Assembly (NCBI RefSeq): GCF_009914755.1
Contig: NC_060928.1
DNA: 64,000 bases
Direction: 5' to 3' (one strand)
Source: the human T2T-CHM13v2.0 reference genome, Homo sapiens
The notes under the pieces are model-generated. The model was given only the letters and a program-made list of their open reading frames with translations. It had not been told where the DNA came from and did no database searches. How positions within the stretch are numbered: the first letter of the stretch is position 1; each line of letters opens with the position of its first letter. Of this stretch, positions 36,666-51,979 are shown in pieces. Made by a program: the position numbers and the translations under genes.

Positions 36666-37856
36666 GAAAGAGACAGAGAAAATGAAGTAGCTACCAAAGT
36701 ATTCTAGGTCTACAAGTGATATTATTTTCCACAAGTATTCAAATGCCATTCTAGTCTAAACTAATTCATTATAAATCAGCTAATATTAAGTAAATATTTT
36801 ACAAATTAAAAACTAGTTACAAAAGGTAGAGACCTCAAAGAAAGGCAGAAATTAGGCAAATGGGAAAAAGTTATGGTGACTTAAAGCCTATATATTGTGA
36901 TCTGGAGAATTAGAATTTAATTTGTCTATACAAAGTAGGTCATGATCCTGATAAGTTTAGCAATTAGAGTATTTATAAAAAGTAAGAGCTAAATAATTTG
37001 TTTCAGGGATGCACTTTTATTTCAATTATCTAGACCTGAAATTATATTTTTTGAGATCGTTCAGGAAGAAGAAATTACATGAGGAGAGCTTTCTAATCAG
37101 TATGCTTAGTGTAAATATATCTGGTGAGTTCATAAGTCTGTTTCATTTATTATTCTTCAGTATAGGTCTGTAGCATGACACAAACAATTCCTGATGACTT
37201 CAGCTACCTTTTTAAGGAAGGTAGACTTGCTCCATCCCCTATCTTGTATTTTGCATCTGAAAGAGGATCATACTCCTGTTTAAGTAAACTTTATTAATGT
37301 TTTTCAAAGTATTTCTTCTCTTGCCAATATAAAATAATGAAATTGTAGTAAAATGAGGATTGTCTTCCTCAAAAGGAGTAATTTTTCATGAACAATTTAT
37401 TTAATTATTTCAATAAGTATTCAAAAATGATTTCAAATTATTTCAACAATTTATCTTATGAACATTTATTTCATTATTTATTCACACCATCAAATAATAT
37501 TTTACATTGACTCCAAATTTTTTGCATTGCTGTTCATGTTTATATTGGAATTAATTCTCTATGACCTCCTTTTTAAGCACTGCTAAATAGATAGTAATCT
37601 TTCTTTCTATAACAGTTGAGTTTAAATTGATTTTCTTAATTTTCTCTGAGAGAGAACATTATTTTTTATTGTTGTAAACAAGCTATATTCTACATATTTA
37701 ATTATTTGGAATTTGATTTGTGTATATTTTTCAGTGAAAGCTAACCTCTTCCTAATGTCTCCGTCTACATTTCATATTTATTCATCCATTCACATATTCA
37801 ACAAAATTTGAGAATCTGTTTTTGGGCTTTTAATACTCATCTTATTCATTTTACTA

Positions 37857-37968
37857 TTTATGTATTTATTTCTTTATTTATTTAGAAACTAGTTCTCACT
37901 TAGTTGCCCACATTAGAGTGTAGTGATGCCATCATAGCTCATGGCAGCCTCAAACTCCTGGGCTCAAG
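37857..37968 (-). mobile_element. FLAM/AluJ monomer fragment
   Basis: 'atcatagctcatggcagcctcaaactcctgggctcaag' preceded by a (TTTA)-like tail. Confidence 0.75.
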
Positions 37969-40900
37969 TTTGTTAATTTTATTTTAAATGTCCACACTGT
38001 GTTCTCAGTCAGAAACAGATTTCTTAATAATGTGTGTTGGCTGCTCCTTTTCCCAGTTCTTATCTTTGGACAGTATAAAGAGATCCAGATCATCCTAGTG
38101 AGAGGCCAGACTCTCTGAAAGCAAGAAATTAAGAACAATGTTTTTTTTCCTTGTCTTTGTTTTTCTACTTATAATAGGATGGAAACGGCTGTTTTTCTGT
38201 CCTTCTAAGAGGATATCTTCTTTATTCCAAACTTTTGGAATGTTGTAAAATCTCTCCTGGAGCCAAATAACCCTGTGTCTCCAAGTTTTTATGACCTATA
38301 GGTGTCTCCAAATTCTGGAACCTCATATCTTTTGACATATGAATACCAAAACCTAGTCTTCCTTTTACCCTAGGACTTAACCTAGGAACCTAGTAATCTA
38401 AGGATTTTAAAAATTTGACCCTCTTAGGGGAGTAAAAGAAGTTTTTCTATTGTTTCAAATCAGAGAAATTAACTGGACAAAGGGCTACAGATCTAATTCT
38501 CTCAGTGTGTGAAGAGTCTCAAGAAGCTAGTGCTTTGAGAGAATCCATGAGAAACCCAGGGACCTTTAATATCTCCTCATTATTATTTGCATAGCATACT
38601 ACCAGGGGAGATGGATAATTAAAATAATAATATATTTTTAATAACTTTAAGTTCTCTTAAATCATATGGTTTTTTAAGGATTAAAAAAAATATCCTGGAT
38701 ATCTATGGCTATACTTAGACATATGTAATATACATATATAACACAATAGCTTTTGGGGAACAAGTGGTTTTTGGTTACAGAGTGGTAAAGTCTGAGATTT
38801 TGGTGCCCTTGTCACCCAAGTAGTGTACATTGTACCCAATATGTAGTGTTTTATCCCTCGCCCACCTCCTACTCTCCCCCTTAGTGGTCTCCAATGTCCA
38901 TTATACCACTCTATATGCATACCCATGGCTTAGCTACCACTTAAAAGTGAGAATATATGATATTTGGTTTTCCATTCCTGAGTTACTTCACTTAGAATAA
39001 TGGCCTCCAGCTCCAGTTGGAGTTGCTGCAAATGACATTATTTCATTCTTTTTAGGGCTGAGTAGTATGTCATGATGTATGTTTACCACATTTCTTTATC
39101 CACTCATTGGTTGAGGAGCACTTAGGTTGGTTCTGTATCTTTGTAATTGTGAATTGTACTGCAATAAACATATACATGCAGGTGTATTTTTGATACAATG
39201 ACTTTTTTTAATTTGAGTAGATAACCAGTAGTGGGATTCATGGACTGAATGCTAGATCTACTCTTAGTTATTTCAAAAATCTGCGTAATGCTTTACATAA
39301 AGGATGTACTAATTTACATTCCCACCAGCAATGTATAAGCATGCCCTTTTCACCACATTCATGCCAAAATCTGTTTGTTTGTTTTTTTTGACTTTTTAAT
39401 AATGCCTATTATGCTGGGAAAAGATGGTATCTCACTGTGGTTTTAATTTGCATTTCTTTGATGATTAGTGATGTCGAGAATTTTTTATATGTTTGTTGGT
39501 CATTTGTATATCTTCTTTTGAGAAATGTCTATTCATGTCATTTTTTTTTACTTTCTGATGGGATTATTTTTTCTTGCTGATTTGTTTTCCTTGTTAATTC
39601 TAGATATTAATTATTTGGTAGATGCATATTTTGTAAATATTTTCTTCTATTCTCTGAGTTATCTGTTTACTGTGATGATTATTTCTTTTGCTGTGAAGGT
39701 TTTTAGTTTACTTATGTCCTTTTTATTTATTTTTGTTTTTGTTGCATTTACTTTTGGAGTCTTAGTCATAAAGTTTTGGCTTAGGTAAATGTCCAGATGT
39801 GTTTTTCTTAGTTTTTTTTCTAGAATTTTTATGATTTTGGGTTTTATATTTAAGTCTGATCCATCTTATAATTTTTGTGGATGGTGAGAAAGAGTGATCC
39901 AGTTTCATTCTTCTACATGTGGCTATCCTGTTTTCCCTGCATCATTTATTGAATAGGGTGTCCTTTCCTATTTATGTTTTTGAATGCTTTGTGGAAGATC
40001 AGTTCATTGTATACATTTGGCTTTATTTCTGGTTTCTCTATTCCTTTCCTTTGGTTTATTTATCTACCTTTATACCAGTACCATGCATGCTGTTTTGATT
40101 ACTAAAACCTTGTATTATAACTTGAAGTCTCTTAACACTATGCCTCCAGATTTGTTCTTTTTGCTTAGAGTTGCTTTTTTAATTCAAGCTCATTTCTGGT
40201 TTCATAAGAATTTAGAATTGCTTTCTCTAATTCTATGAAAAATGATGTCAGTATTTTGATAGGAATTGCATTGAATCTGTAGATTGCTTTTAGCAGTAAG
40301 ATCATTTTCACAAATATGATTCTTTCTATCCATGAGCATGGGATGTATTTCCATTTGTTTATATCATCTCTAATTTATTTCAGCAGTTTTTGTAGCTCTC
40401 CTTATGGAGATCTTTCACTTATTTGGTTAAGTGTATTTCAATTTTTTTTCTGCTGTGATTGTAAAAGAAATTGAGTTCTTGATTTGATTCTCAGCCTGAT
40501 CATTGTTGGTGCTATGCAGTAGTACTAATTCGTGTACATTCATTTTGTAACCTAAGATTTTATGAATTCATTCATCAAATGGAAGAGTCTTTTGGTGGAA
40601 TTCTTAGGCTTAACTAAGTATATGCTTACATCATCAGCAAACAGAGATAATTTGACTTCCTCTTTTCCAGTTTGGATGCCCTTTATTTCTTCCTCTTGCT
40701 TGATTGCTCTGGGTAGGACTTCCAGTACTATGTTAAGTAGAAGTGGTGAAAATGGGCATCCTTAACTTGTTCTAGCCCTCAGTGGAAATACTTTCAACTT
40801 TTCCCCATTCAATATGATGTTGGCCATGGGTTTGTCATATATAGCTTTTATTATTTTGAGATATGTTTATTCTATGTCTAGTTTGTTTAGGGTTTTTATC

Positions 40901-41575
40901 ATAAAGCAAAGCTGGATTTTACTGAATGATTTTATGCATCTATTGAGATGATCATATGTATTTGGTTTTTAATTCTGTTTATGAAATACATCACATTTAT
41001 TACGTTGTGTATGTTGAGTCATCCTTGCATCCCTGGGATGAGACTCACTTGATTATAGTGAATTGTCTTTTTGATATGCTTTTGGATTTGATTTGCCAGT
41101 ATCTGTTAAGAATTTTTGCATATGTCTTTATCAGAGATATTCATTTGTAGTTTTCTTTTTTTATGATATGCCTTTTTCTGGTTTTAGTATCAGGGTGATA
41201 CTGGCTTCATAGAATGAGTTAAGGAGGATTCCCTTTTTCTCAATCTTTTAGAGTAGTTTCAGTAGGCTTGGTGCCAGTTCTTCTTTGAATGTCTGATAGA
41301 ATTTGGCTGTGATCTGTCTGGGTTTTTTAGTTGGCAATTTTTTTTTCTTACTTATACAGTCTCACTGCTTGTTATTGGTCTGTAAGGATGCCTATTTCTT
41401 CCTGGTTTAAGCTTGTAGGGTTGTATGTTTCCCGGAATCTGTCTGTTTTCTTTACTTTTATTTTTATGTGCATAGAGGTTACATAGTAGTCTCAAATGAT
41501 CTTTTATATTTCTGTGATATTGGTTAAAATGTTTCCATTTTCACTTCTAATTGAGCTAATTTAAACTTCTATCTT

Positions 41576-41675
41576 CTTAATTGTTCTAACTAATGTTCTA
41601 ACTAATTGTTAGAACAATTGTTAATTGTTCTAACAATCTTAATTGTTCTAACAATCTTAATTGTTCTAACTAATG
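41576..41675. repeat. Compound direct and inverted repeat of 'ttaattgttctaac' inside L1 ORF2
   Basis: Read directly; includes a perfect 15-bp inverted repeat at 41605-41619 / 41623-41637. Confidence 0.9.
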
Positions 41676-44600
41676 ATCTATTTTATTTCTATTTTCAAAT
41701 AACCAACTTTTTGTTTCATTAAACTTTGTATTTTTATTTCAATTTCATTTAGTTCTGCTTTAATCTTTCTTTTCTTCTCCTGGCTTCAAGTTTGATTTGT
41801 TGTTTCTATAGTTTCTTGAGGTATGACATTATGTTGTCAATTTGTAATCTTTCAGACTTTTTTATGTAGGTGTTCAGTGCTAGAAACTTTCCTTTTAGCA
41901 TTGTTTTTGCTATGTCCCAGAGGTTTTGATAACTTGTGTCACTGTAATCATCCATTTAAAGAATTTTTTAATTTCTTTCTTCATTTCATTGCTAACCCAA
42001 TAATCATTAAGAAGCAGATTGTTCAATTTCCAGGTAATTATATAGTTTTAAGGGTTCCTTTTGGAGCTCATTTCTAGTTTTATTTCACTGTGACCTGAGA
42101 AGATACTTTATATAATTTTGACTTTTTAAAATTTATTGAGATTTGTTTTTGTGGCCTATCCTATGGTGTATCTTGGAGGCTGTTCTATGTGTTGATGAGA
42201 AGAATGTGAATTCTGCAGTTTTTGGGTACAATGTTCTGTAAACATCTGTTAGGTCCATTTCTTCTGGACTGCAACTTAAGTCCAGTGTTTTTTTGTTGTT
42301 ATTGTTGACTTCCTGCTTCAGTGATCTGTCTAGTGCTGTCAGTGGAGTGTTAAAGTTCCTCACTATTATTGTGTTGCTGTCTATTCCTTTTCTTAGGTGT
42401 AGTAGTAATTGTTTTATAAATGTAGGAGCTCCAGTGTTATGTGCATACTTATGTAGAATTATTATATTTTGTTGAATTAATTATTTAATTATTATGTAAT
42501 GACTTTCTTTGTTTTTTTTTTTTTTTACTATTGTTGCTTTAAAGTCTACTTTATCTGATGTAACTACACCTGCTTGCTCTTGGTTTCCATTTGCATTGAA
42601 TATCTTTCTCCACCCCCTTACCTTGAGTCTATGAGAATCTTTGAATGTTAGGTGAGTTTCTTGAAGACAGCAGATATTTGGTTTGTGATTTTTTTTAAAT
42701 CAACTCTGCCATTCTGTGTCTTTTAAGTGGTGTATATAGACCATTTACAGTCAATTTCAATTATGAGACGTGAAGTGGCATTCCAGTCAGTATGTTGTTA
42801 CCTAGAAATTTTAGGGTTTTTTTTTTCACTTTGTTATTGCTTTATAGACCCTATAAGTTTTATACTTTCAAGACGTCTATTCTGATGCAGCTCAACCTTT
42901 TGTTTCAAGATTTAGCATTTCTTGTAGGACTGGTCTGATAGGGACAGATTCCCTCAGCATTTGCTTGTCTGAGGAAGACATTATTTCTCTTTCATTTATG
43001 AGACTCAGTTTTGCTGGATACAAAATTTTTGACTAATAGTTATTTTGTCTAAGGATATTAAAGATAAGCCTAAAGATAGAGTGAACTTCTGGCCTGTAAG
43101 ATTTCTGCTGAGAAGTCTGCTGTTAGTCTAATAGGTTTTCCTTTATAGGTTACTTGATGCTTTTGTCTCACTGTCCTTAGAATTCATTTCTTCATGTTGA
43201 CTTTAGATAGCCTGATTACTATATGGCTTTGTAATGTCAGTTTTGCAGTGAACCTCCCCAGAGCTCATTGAGTTTCTTGTATTTGGACATCTAAATATCT
43301 AGCAAGGCTAGCAAAGTTTTCTTCAATTATGCCCTCAAATAAGTATTCAAAAGGCTTTGCTGTTTCTTCTCTCTCAGGAACAGCAATTGCTATATTTGGC
43401 CATTTTACATAATCACCTATTTCTAAGAGACTTTGCTTATTTCTTTGAATTCTTTTTCTGGCATTTCAAAGATTTCATCTTGGTTGGGATCCATTGCTGG
43501 GGACTTACTGTGTTCTTTTTGAGGTGTTATAGAACCCTATTTTGTCCTACTGCCAGAATTATTTTTCTGGTTTCTTCTCATTTGGGTAGAGTATATCTCC
43601 TAATTACTTTTGAGACTATATCTTCTAATTATTTTTGAATTTATTTTTTTATTTGAGTGTGATTTTTCACTTTTTTTTTCACCTTGAGGATGTGACTTTA
43701 ATGTTTATAGTTTATGGTAACCTAATTCAGCTCTGGGTGCTTTCAGGGGTGAAGACTGTATAAGTTCCCTGGTTATTTAAAATCTTTGTGTTTTGGCTTT
43801 CTCAGATGCTAGTTGTGGTAACATTATGCTCAGCGTGTGTGTGGAGGTTCACTGTTTCCTGTGGGGTAGCAATGGCAGAGGTCTTATGAAGCTTATCTAG
43901 TTCCCAAGTGGTGTACACTTTTTTGCCTTTTTATTTCTCCCAGTGTTTTCTTTACCTGGTTGAATAATTCAGATTTCAGGCCAGTAGGGTAGGTGTCCCT
44001 GAATGAAAACCAGCAGATTGGTAAATGCAATACCCAATGGTGGGAAGAAGTCCAAGCCTTGACTGAGGCATCTGTGGGAGCTCTTAGTGAAATGCACTGA
44101 GGTCTTTTCACGGGGAAGGGAGGGAGCCACTTCAGCTCCCTTGCCAGGCCCCCAGGAAAGCAGGTCACACCCCTAAATACAGTTCTAGCTATTCAGATTA
44201 GCAGGCCCTTTTTATTTGCAGGAATTCTGACGTTCCAAGTAGAGAGAGATTGTGATTCTATGCCTTACGCAAATCTGAATCTGGAGGGGACTCCTCCTCT
44301 GGGGACGCAGTTAACTTGAAGTGTTCCAGAAAGGCTATCTACAGGTCCACTCATGCTAAATTCCCATAAGAGAAGCACCAGCTGTGTCTGCAGTGGTGAA
44401 TGAGGGGGGAAGGTCTTTTTCTTCAAGACCCTTCTGCAGATTTTCCCAAGTCCAGCACTGTACCTGTGCCTCTACTGAAAGAAACTTTCCACAGGTGGGA
44501 AGTTCTGGACTCAAGTCCTGCCATCTAGATTCTTTTTTCCATGGGGTGTGCCACTGATGTGCACTCACCCTTATCCTAAGTGTAGGAGTCCCTGAGGGCC

Positions 44601-46115
44601 AGACTAGTATGAATGCTGCTACTTATCTGTCTCTAGCCACCTAGTGGGACTGCCACACTCCAGGTTGGTGCTGGGGAATGTCTGCAAGGGACCCAGTGAT
44701 GTGATCTGTTCTCAAGACTCAGTAGTGAGTAGCAACAACAGCTCTCATGGGGCTGACAGGAGAATGACATAGACTTTGTGAGATTTCTTGATTATAAGTA
44801 GTCTTGGTGCATTGGTTTTTCTGTAATGCCACCTGTAGTAGTAATGAACTGGTCACATGGACAGACTCAGGACCTCCTAGTTAGCCAAGGTTATATAGGC
44901 AAAGGTGATAGCTTAGGTCACACACAAGTTTTCTCTTTCCTGTGCACTGTTATCGTGCCTGCAGATGCTGAAATGGATTGTGTCAGTAGGCCTCCAGCCA
45001 CAAGGTGGCACTTGAAAAAGAGCACCAGCTGGTAGCAGTGGGATTTGTGCTTGCCTTATGTTACCCAGGGGAGGTAATCTGATGACTCAGGCAATGGGCA
45101 GGGCCATTGAGCTCTCAAAATTTTCTATTCTTTGTGTTAAGCTACCAGGGCAGATGGAGGGGCAAAGCCAGTTGGGGGCTGGATCAGGCAAGTTCACATT
45201 CTGGCTCTCTTTTGTCTGCCATGTGTGGGCAAAAGCAGTGTCCCCAGTGGGGATCAGATAGTGGTCCTCTGGCTGTAGCAGTAATGTTGCAGGGAGTACC
45301 ATAGCTGCCTCTGCTGCAGAGAAGCATCTGTATGAGGAATAGGGAGCAGCAGGCAGCAGTTAGCCCCGCTCAGCTCCCACACACTTGGCAAAGCAGGTCT
45401 TGCACCTGCAACGTCCCACTCGCAGCAGCTTGGTTCCAAGCAGTCAACACTCAGAACTCAACACTGCCCAAGGCCATAAGACTTCCCAGAAGAGACTGCA
45501 ACCATGGCTTCCAGGTCACGCCTCTCCTAGTCGGCCCATGAAGCAGGGGCACCCAGTTCTTGCACCTATGGCTGCAGCACATTTCCCATCTGCCCCATGG
45601 TTGTGGCCAAGGGGGTTCGTCTCCACTCGAGATTATATCACGAATCTCAGTTGAGAGCTTCTCGCAACCTGTGACCACTGCCTGAGTTACCTGGCTGACT
45701 TCTGTGAGGTCCCCTGTGAGGTAGGATCAGGGATGGATTTCCTCTGTCCTGCTGGGCATGCACACTAAGCCCATCCCCATGCTGCTACTTCTCATATATG
45801 CCCCACTCCTCACTAAATCAGCTCCAGCACTGGGTGGGATTAAGGCCTTTCCCTGTGGCCTGGATTGCTTGGTTCCCCAGTAGGAGTATATGTCCTAGAG
45901 GCAGTTTATCCCTATCTGACATTCTAGGGACTTATAGTTTTCCTCCTGGCTCATGATGTAGACAGCAACCTGACACTTCTTTCAAAGAGTCTGTGCTTTC
46001 TTTCGGTTTTCCTGTTAATTTTCTGTGTTGCTTCTTGGAAAAAATTTACAGTGTCAATCTCTACACACAATTCTGTCTTTCCAAATAGGAGATGCATGCT
46101 AACCATGACTCTAAT

Positions 46116-46126
46116 CTGCCATTTTG
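46116..46126 (-). promoter_or_regulatory. YY1-like motif (caaaatggcag) at the L1 5' terminus
   Basis: Matches the YY1 core AANATGGC at the position where L1 5' UTRs carry their YY1 site; function not shown. Confidence 0.55.
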
Positions 46127-48899
46127 AGAAAAAAAAATACTGGAGGTCTTTATTTTTTTTTTAATACTATAGCCCATTCTGAGTTTTCATTACAACCTCC
46201 ACTCTAATATTGTATCTACTTTTCACAAACCCTTATCTTTGGTAGCTGGATTTAATTCATTAATTTTAAAATTTTGATAAAAATTATGACATAATTATAT
46301 TATTATGTATTTTCATTTGATTATCTAGGCTTATGAAACTGACTAAACTAATAATTATTTGATAATATGATTATATTCTGCCAATTCACTCTATGTGTTC
46401 CTTGGATATGTTAATAAACAATAGAAACAAGTCCAACTAAAAGACATCACTTATTCTGACTCTTGTTTTGAAAAATAAAACCTGACAAATCAAATAAAAG
46501 TAAATGAATTATTACTCAGACATCCACTTATGGTTTGGGTATATATTTTGACAGTCCATGAGAAAAATTCCTCCAAGGGTCTTCACTTCCAGACATAAAA
46601 TCACTTTGTTGTTTTTCTAAAAGCTATTTTTAAAAACATCAACATCTTTTTAAATTCTCCCATCTATAAGCTGGCAAAAATATCTCTTGAGGTTTGTAAG
46701 CAACATCTTAAATAATAAATGTAATATTTAGGGACAATTTAATTTAGTGATTCAAGGCATCTAATATTTGGTATCAGTATATGAATATTAACAAACATTT
46801 AGCCGTTTTATTTATAGTATTTTTTATATCAAAACAATTTCTACTTTCTATTATGCTTCTTGTTCTGTGATAGTTTACTATTTCTGAAACTTTATTTTTT
46901 ACAAAATTTCAAGTTGAGTCTAAAAAAATTATATTTTGTTGTTTTGAAAAATATATAGCCTAAAACTGTACATGCTAACAGTTGAGTTTTATCAGTGTTA
47001 TTTTTACTAAACCTAATCACTATAAAATAGCTATATCTTGTGTATGTTAAAAATGTGAAATAAGATGAGAATGTATTTGCTATTCTATTAATTAAATTAT
47101 GTGAATTAGTAGCAACTATTAAGATGCTTTGAATATTCCCTTAGGTGGACGAGAACATGTGAGCAAGTACTAGCACAGTGGTAGATGCTTTGTAAATTGC
47201 TCTTACTTTCCTAATGATTGACAGGCTAATGGCTAAATAACTAAGATAATATAAGCACTTTCTTAGAATTTAGAGATCCACTTAAAAGACAGGTTTTCAT
47301 TAGGAATTTCTGTACTTTATTTCACATTTCCATAAAAAAATTCCTCATTGCAAGAACCACTGCACCTATTAAATGAAAAAACTCAAGAGAAAACAATCAG
47401 GTGACCATTACCTCTAAAACATCTGATTTGATTTAGTTATCCTATAGGAATCAAGTATCAGGCTTTACAAGATCCTCTTTTTTCAATGTTGTTTTACTGC
47501 CTAAAACAATGTTTAAGATGACTAATTCACGTTTCTTTTTGTGATTTATTTTTACTTGATCTAATTTCTAAAGTGATCTTTATAAGGTGTCTTGCCTAAA
47601 AATTTGCCTATACTTACAAATGCATTTTCACTTACTACAATCTCATTTTTTACTGTACTGTAGATGTACAGTTAGTTGAATGCATACATTATAATTTTGA
47701 GAATATATGAGGTTTTACATAAGAAGAATCATATTGAAGTGGTTATCTAGCATATCTAAAGAGGAAACAACAGAGAAGCAAGCTGGAAACAATATGTAGA
47801 CATCAGTAATTATTTTAATTTCACAAGACAAACATTTATCAATCTTGTATTCAAAACCTACATATATGCTACTTAGGATGCAGAAATAGCTATGTATATT
47901 CATTGCCACCAAGGCATTTATGATCAAATTGAAGGGCAAATACAAACACAATGAAGTTTCTTTGTGTAGCAGTTACACAAATAAAACTTCATAAGCTTGC
48001 CAAGAAAAGCAAGAACGAAGAAAGGAAAGAAAGAAGGAAAAAAACAAATAGCAAAACAGAGCAATATTTAAATGTGGTTATGATTCAGCCAACCATTACA
48101 TTTAATTATAACGTGCCTGTTTGGGAAAGAAAATAGAAGAATTAACTGAATGCCAAGGGGAGGGGGGAGGAACAAAAGAAAAAATCAAAACAAAATAAAA
48201 CTGTGAATGATAATTAATGGGAACAGAAAAATTATGTACAAAAAACATTTTATTTGGAGAGTAATTTAGGAGATCTTTAGGAATATATTGGCTATATTCA
48301 AGTTCCTATACTTAAGTGCTATACAATAATAATTAAAGGTACCAGATTTAGTAAAGGGATTTTGCACCATGAATTTTTTTTTCCTGTAAAGATACAAATA
48401 TATCTCCTTAGTAGAAGAGATAACCTCACAGATTTATGACCCTGTTATATATCAATCTATATTTATTTATTTAACCAAGCAATCTTAACGTTATTTTGCT
48501 AAATTGCTTCTAAATGTCCGTTTCTCAGATTCCCTTTGTGTCATTTAAAACATCTATTTGTTATTTATTAATTCAAATTAATATCTTTAAAACCTATTCA
48601 TTTTATATTTGTCTGAGAGCTATGATTTTAAGCTTCTAAAAATTATATTTTAATAGAAATCAGGGACTAGTTACCTTTAATCCGGGGGAGATACTACGTA
48701 TTTTAAAGCCCGAAGTCAATGTCTAGACAAAAGTTTCTGCTTAACATCAAAGGGTATGCAACATTTGCTATGGCTCTCAAATACTAAGAAAGGAAAACAC
48801 AACTGGGAATTTGTCACTAGCACTTTATTCTTTACTCAGGATTGAAGTAGAATTTTATAATGCCAATATTTTTCAGAAACTTTAAACATTAGAAATAAA

Positions 48900-50150
<1,251 letters not shown>

Positions 50151-50239
50151 GTGAGGCCAGGAGTCCAGTCCAACCTGGGTAACAAAGTGAGGCATGAGTT
50201 ACAATTAAAATACTAGAAAAGTATTGACCATTTCAATTA

Positions 50240-51640
50240 AATGTTCCTTTCAAATCGCTAATTATTTTCATGTTCCAAAATATAAAGGTTAATTTTTTAT
50301 TCTCATTTTATTGATCTATCAGTAGTCTCTTTTTCTTTAATTAAAAAACAAACAAACAAAAACACATAAACAAACAAACAAACAAAACCAGCTTTTTTTC
50401 TTTGGCTTCCAGAACACATGTCCTCTTGGCTTTCTTCTTATGTCTTTGTATGCTATTTCTTAGTCTTTGGAACACTTCTGTGTCCACCCCCACTCCCTTG
50501 ATGAGTTCTCACAGAGCCATGGTTTACAATATTGTTTATGCTAAGAACTTGCAAATTTGTACCTCTGCCTCTTACTTCTCTTCTAAATGCCAGGCTCTTA
50601 CATCCAACTTCTTATACTGTCTTCTTTTGAGAAGCTAATAAACATCTCAACTTTGAAATGCACATTCTCACATACGACAATTTGTCTCAGAGCAAAAATC
50701 TTAGAGTCAATCCTACTTATTTTCTTTTTCAAGAATTGCACATCTAACCTTTCAGCGAGTCTTGCTGCTTGCTTTACCTTCAGAATCTATCCAAAGTTAG
50801 TCACTCTCTTAGTCTCTCCCAGAAACAGATCCCAGTAAAAACATTCAATCAGAAGTAATTTGGGATGTAGAGAAAAACTGTATTCTTTTTCTTCCCTCAG
50901 CCTTTTGATGTGTTTATTTCAATGCTATTTTTACAATGTTACTTACTGAATACATTAATTAAAATTGTAATCTGCCGCTATTACTGTGTATCCTTCCTTA
51001 CTTTATTTTCTTCACAAAATATATAACTTTTCAACACCTGTCTATATTTTATTTCTTTTGTGTCATCCTATATCTGACTGTAATCTTTACGGAGGCAAGG
51101 ATTTTTTTCTTTAATATCCTAAATGTAGATGTTTGTCTCTAGTAGATTCAATGGTGCCTCCCAAAATATGATAAATATGCACATATCTTTCCATATGCTA
51201 GCCCACAGAAATTGTAGAGGTGACCTAATTTTTTTGTATATATTAATAAGGATCTTGAGATGACATCATACTGGATGATCCTAGTGCACCCTAAATCCAA
51301 TAAGTGTTCTTATGAAAGACAGAAGAGGAGAAGATACAGAAAAGAGAAGACGGCTATTTGAGGATGAAAGCAGAGCTTGGAGTTATGCAGCTACAAACAA
51401 AAGAATGCCTTGAGCCACCAGCAGCTGAAAGAAGTAAAGTAGGATCCACCCATAAAAACTTGAGAAGGAAAGTGGGCCTACCTATACCTTGATTTCAGAT
51501 TTCTGCCCTACAGAACTCTAAGAGAATATATTTCTGTTGCTTTAAACGTTTACGTTTGTGGTAATTTGTTATAACAGATCCAGCAAACTCATATACTGGC
51601 ACTGAGCAGATATTCAATAAGAATTGATTATGAATTATAG
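50240..51640 (+). mobile_element. L2 element split by an MLT1C LTR, with a (CAAA)n tract at ~50345-50388
   Basis: 'ttggcttccagaacac', 'aacatctcaactttgaaatgc', tail 'tggcactgagcagatattcaataag'. Confidence 0.7.
51137..51595 (+). mobile_element. MLT1C-type MaLR solo LTR
   Basis: 'ccctaaatccaa', 'gcagagcttggagttatgcagctaca', 'ccttgatttcagatttctg', 'gtttgtggtaatttgttataacag'. Confidence 0.85.
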
Positions 51641-51979
51641 TCATTATGTTAGTGTGGCATTGACTCAGAGATGAGCAATTTGTTCACTGGACTATAGCAG
51701 GAAATTCAAAAATTCATGGAAGACTTTCGATATTTTACATATGAATTGTCATATCACCCAGAAAAATGAATAACTATTCATAAAATAGCAGTGACACATT
51801 TGATTAACATATAGAAAAATTGTAAATTGTATTCTAACATCACATTAACTTCAAATGTGAAAGACATCTTGTATCACTTTTAAAGAAAATATAAAATATA
51901 TTTTATTTAGTAAAATTGAATTTGTAGAATGATGACTTTTTTTTTTACTTTACTGCTTAATACTTGAGAAATTTTCCTC

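Larger units (their letters stand above)
38705..46128 (-). mobile_element. Near full-length L1PB-type LINE-1 (L1PB2-like 3' end), inactive
   Basis: Collinear 3' UTR, ORF2 (e.g. ORF 42133..42363 NFNTPLTALDRS...DLTDVYRTLYPKTAEFTFFSSTH, endonuclease domain), partial ORF1 and a long GC-richer 5' UTR; degenerate flanking duplication. Confidence 0.92.

Noticed and set aside
38010-38610. Moderately GC-richer stretch with an LTR-like look
   Set aside because: I could not identify termini, a TSD or a family, so I left it unannotated; a Dfam search would settle it.
43700-46100. GC-richer region with many overlapping ORFs, resembling a promoter or CpG island
   Set aside because: It is the CpG-depleted 5' UTR of the L1PB element; ORF density reflects fewer stop codons at higher GC.
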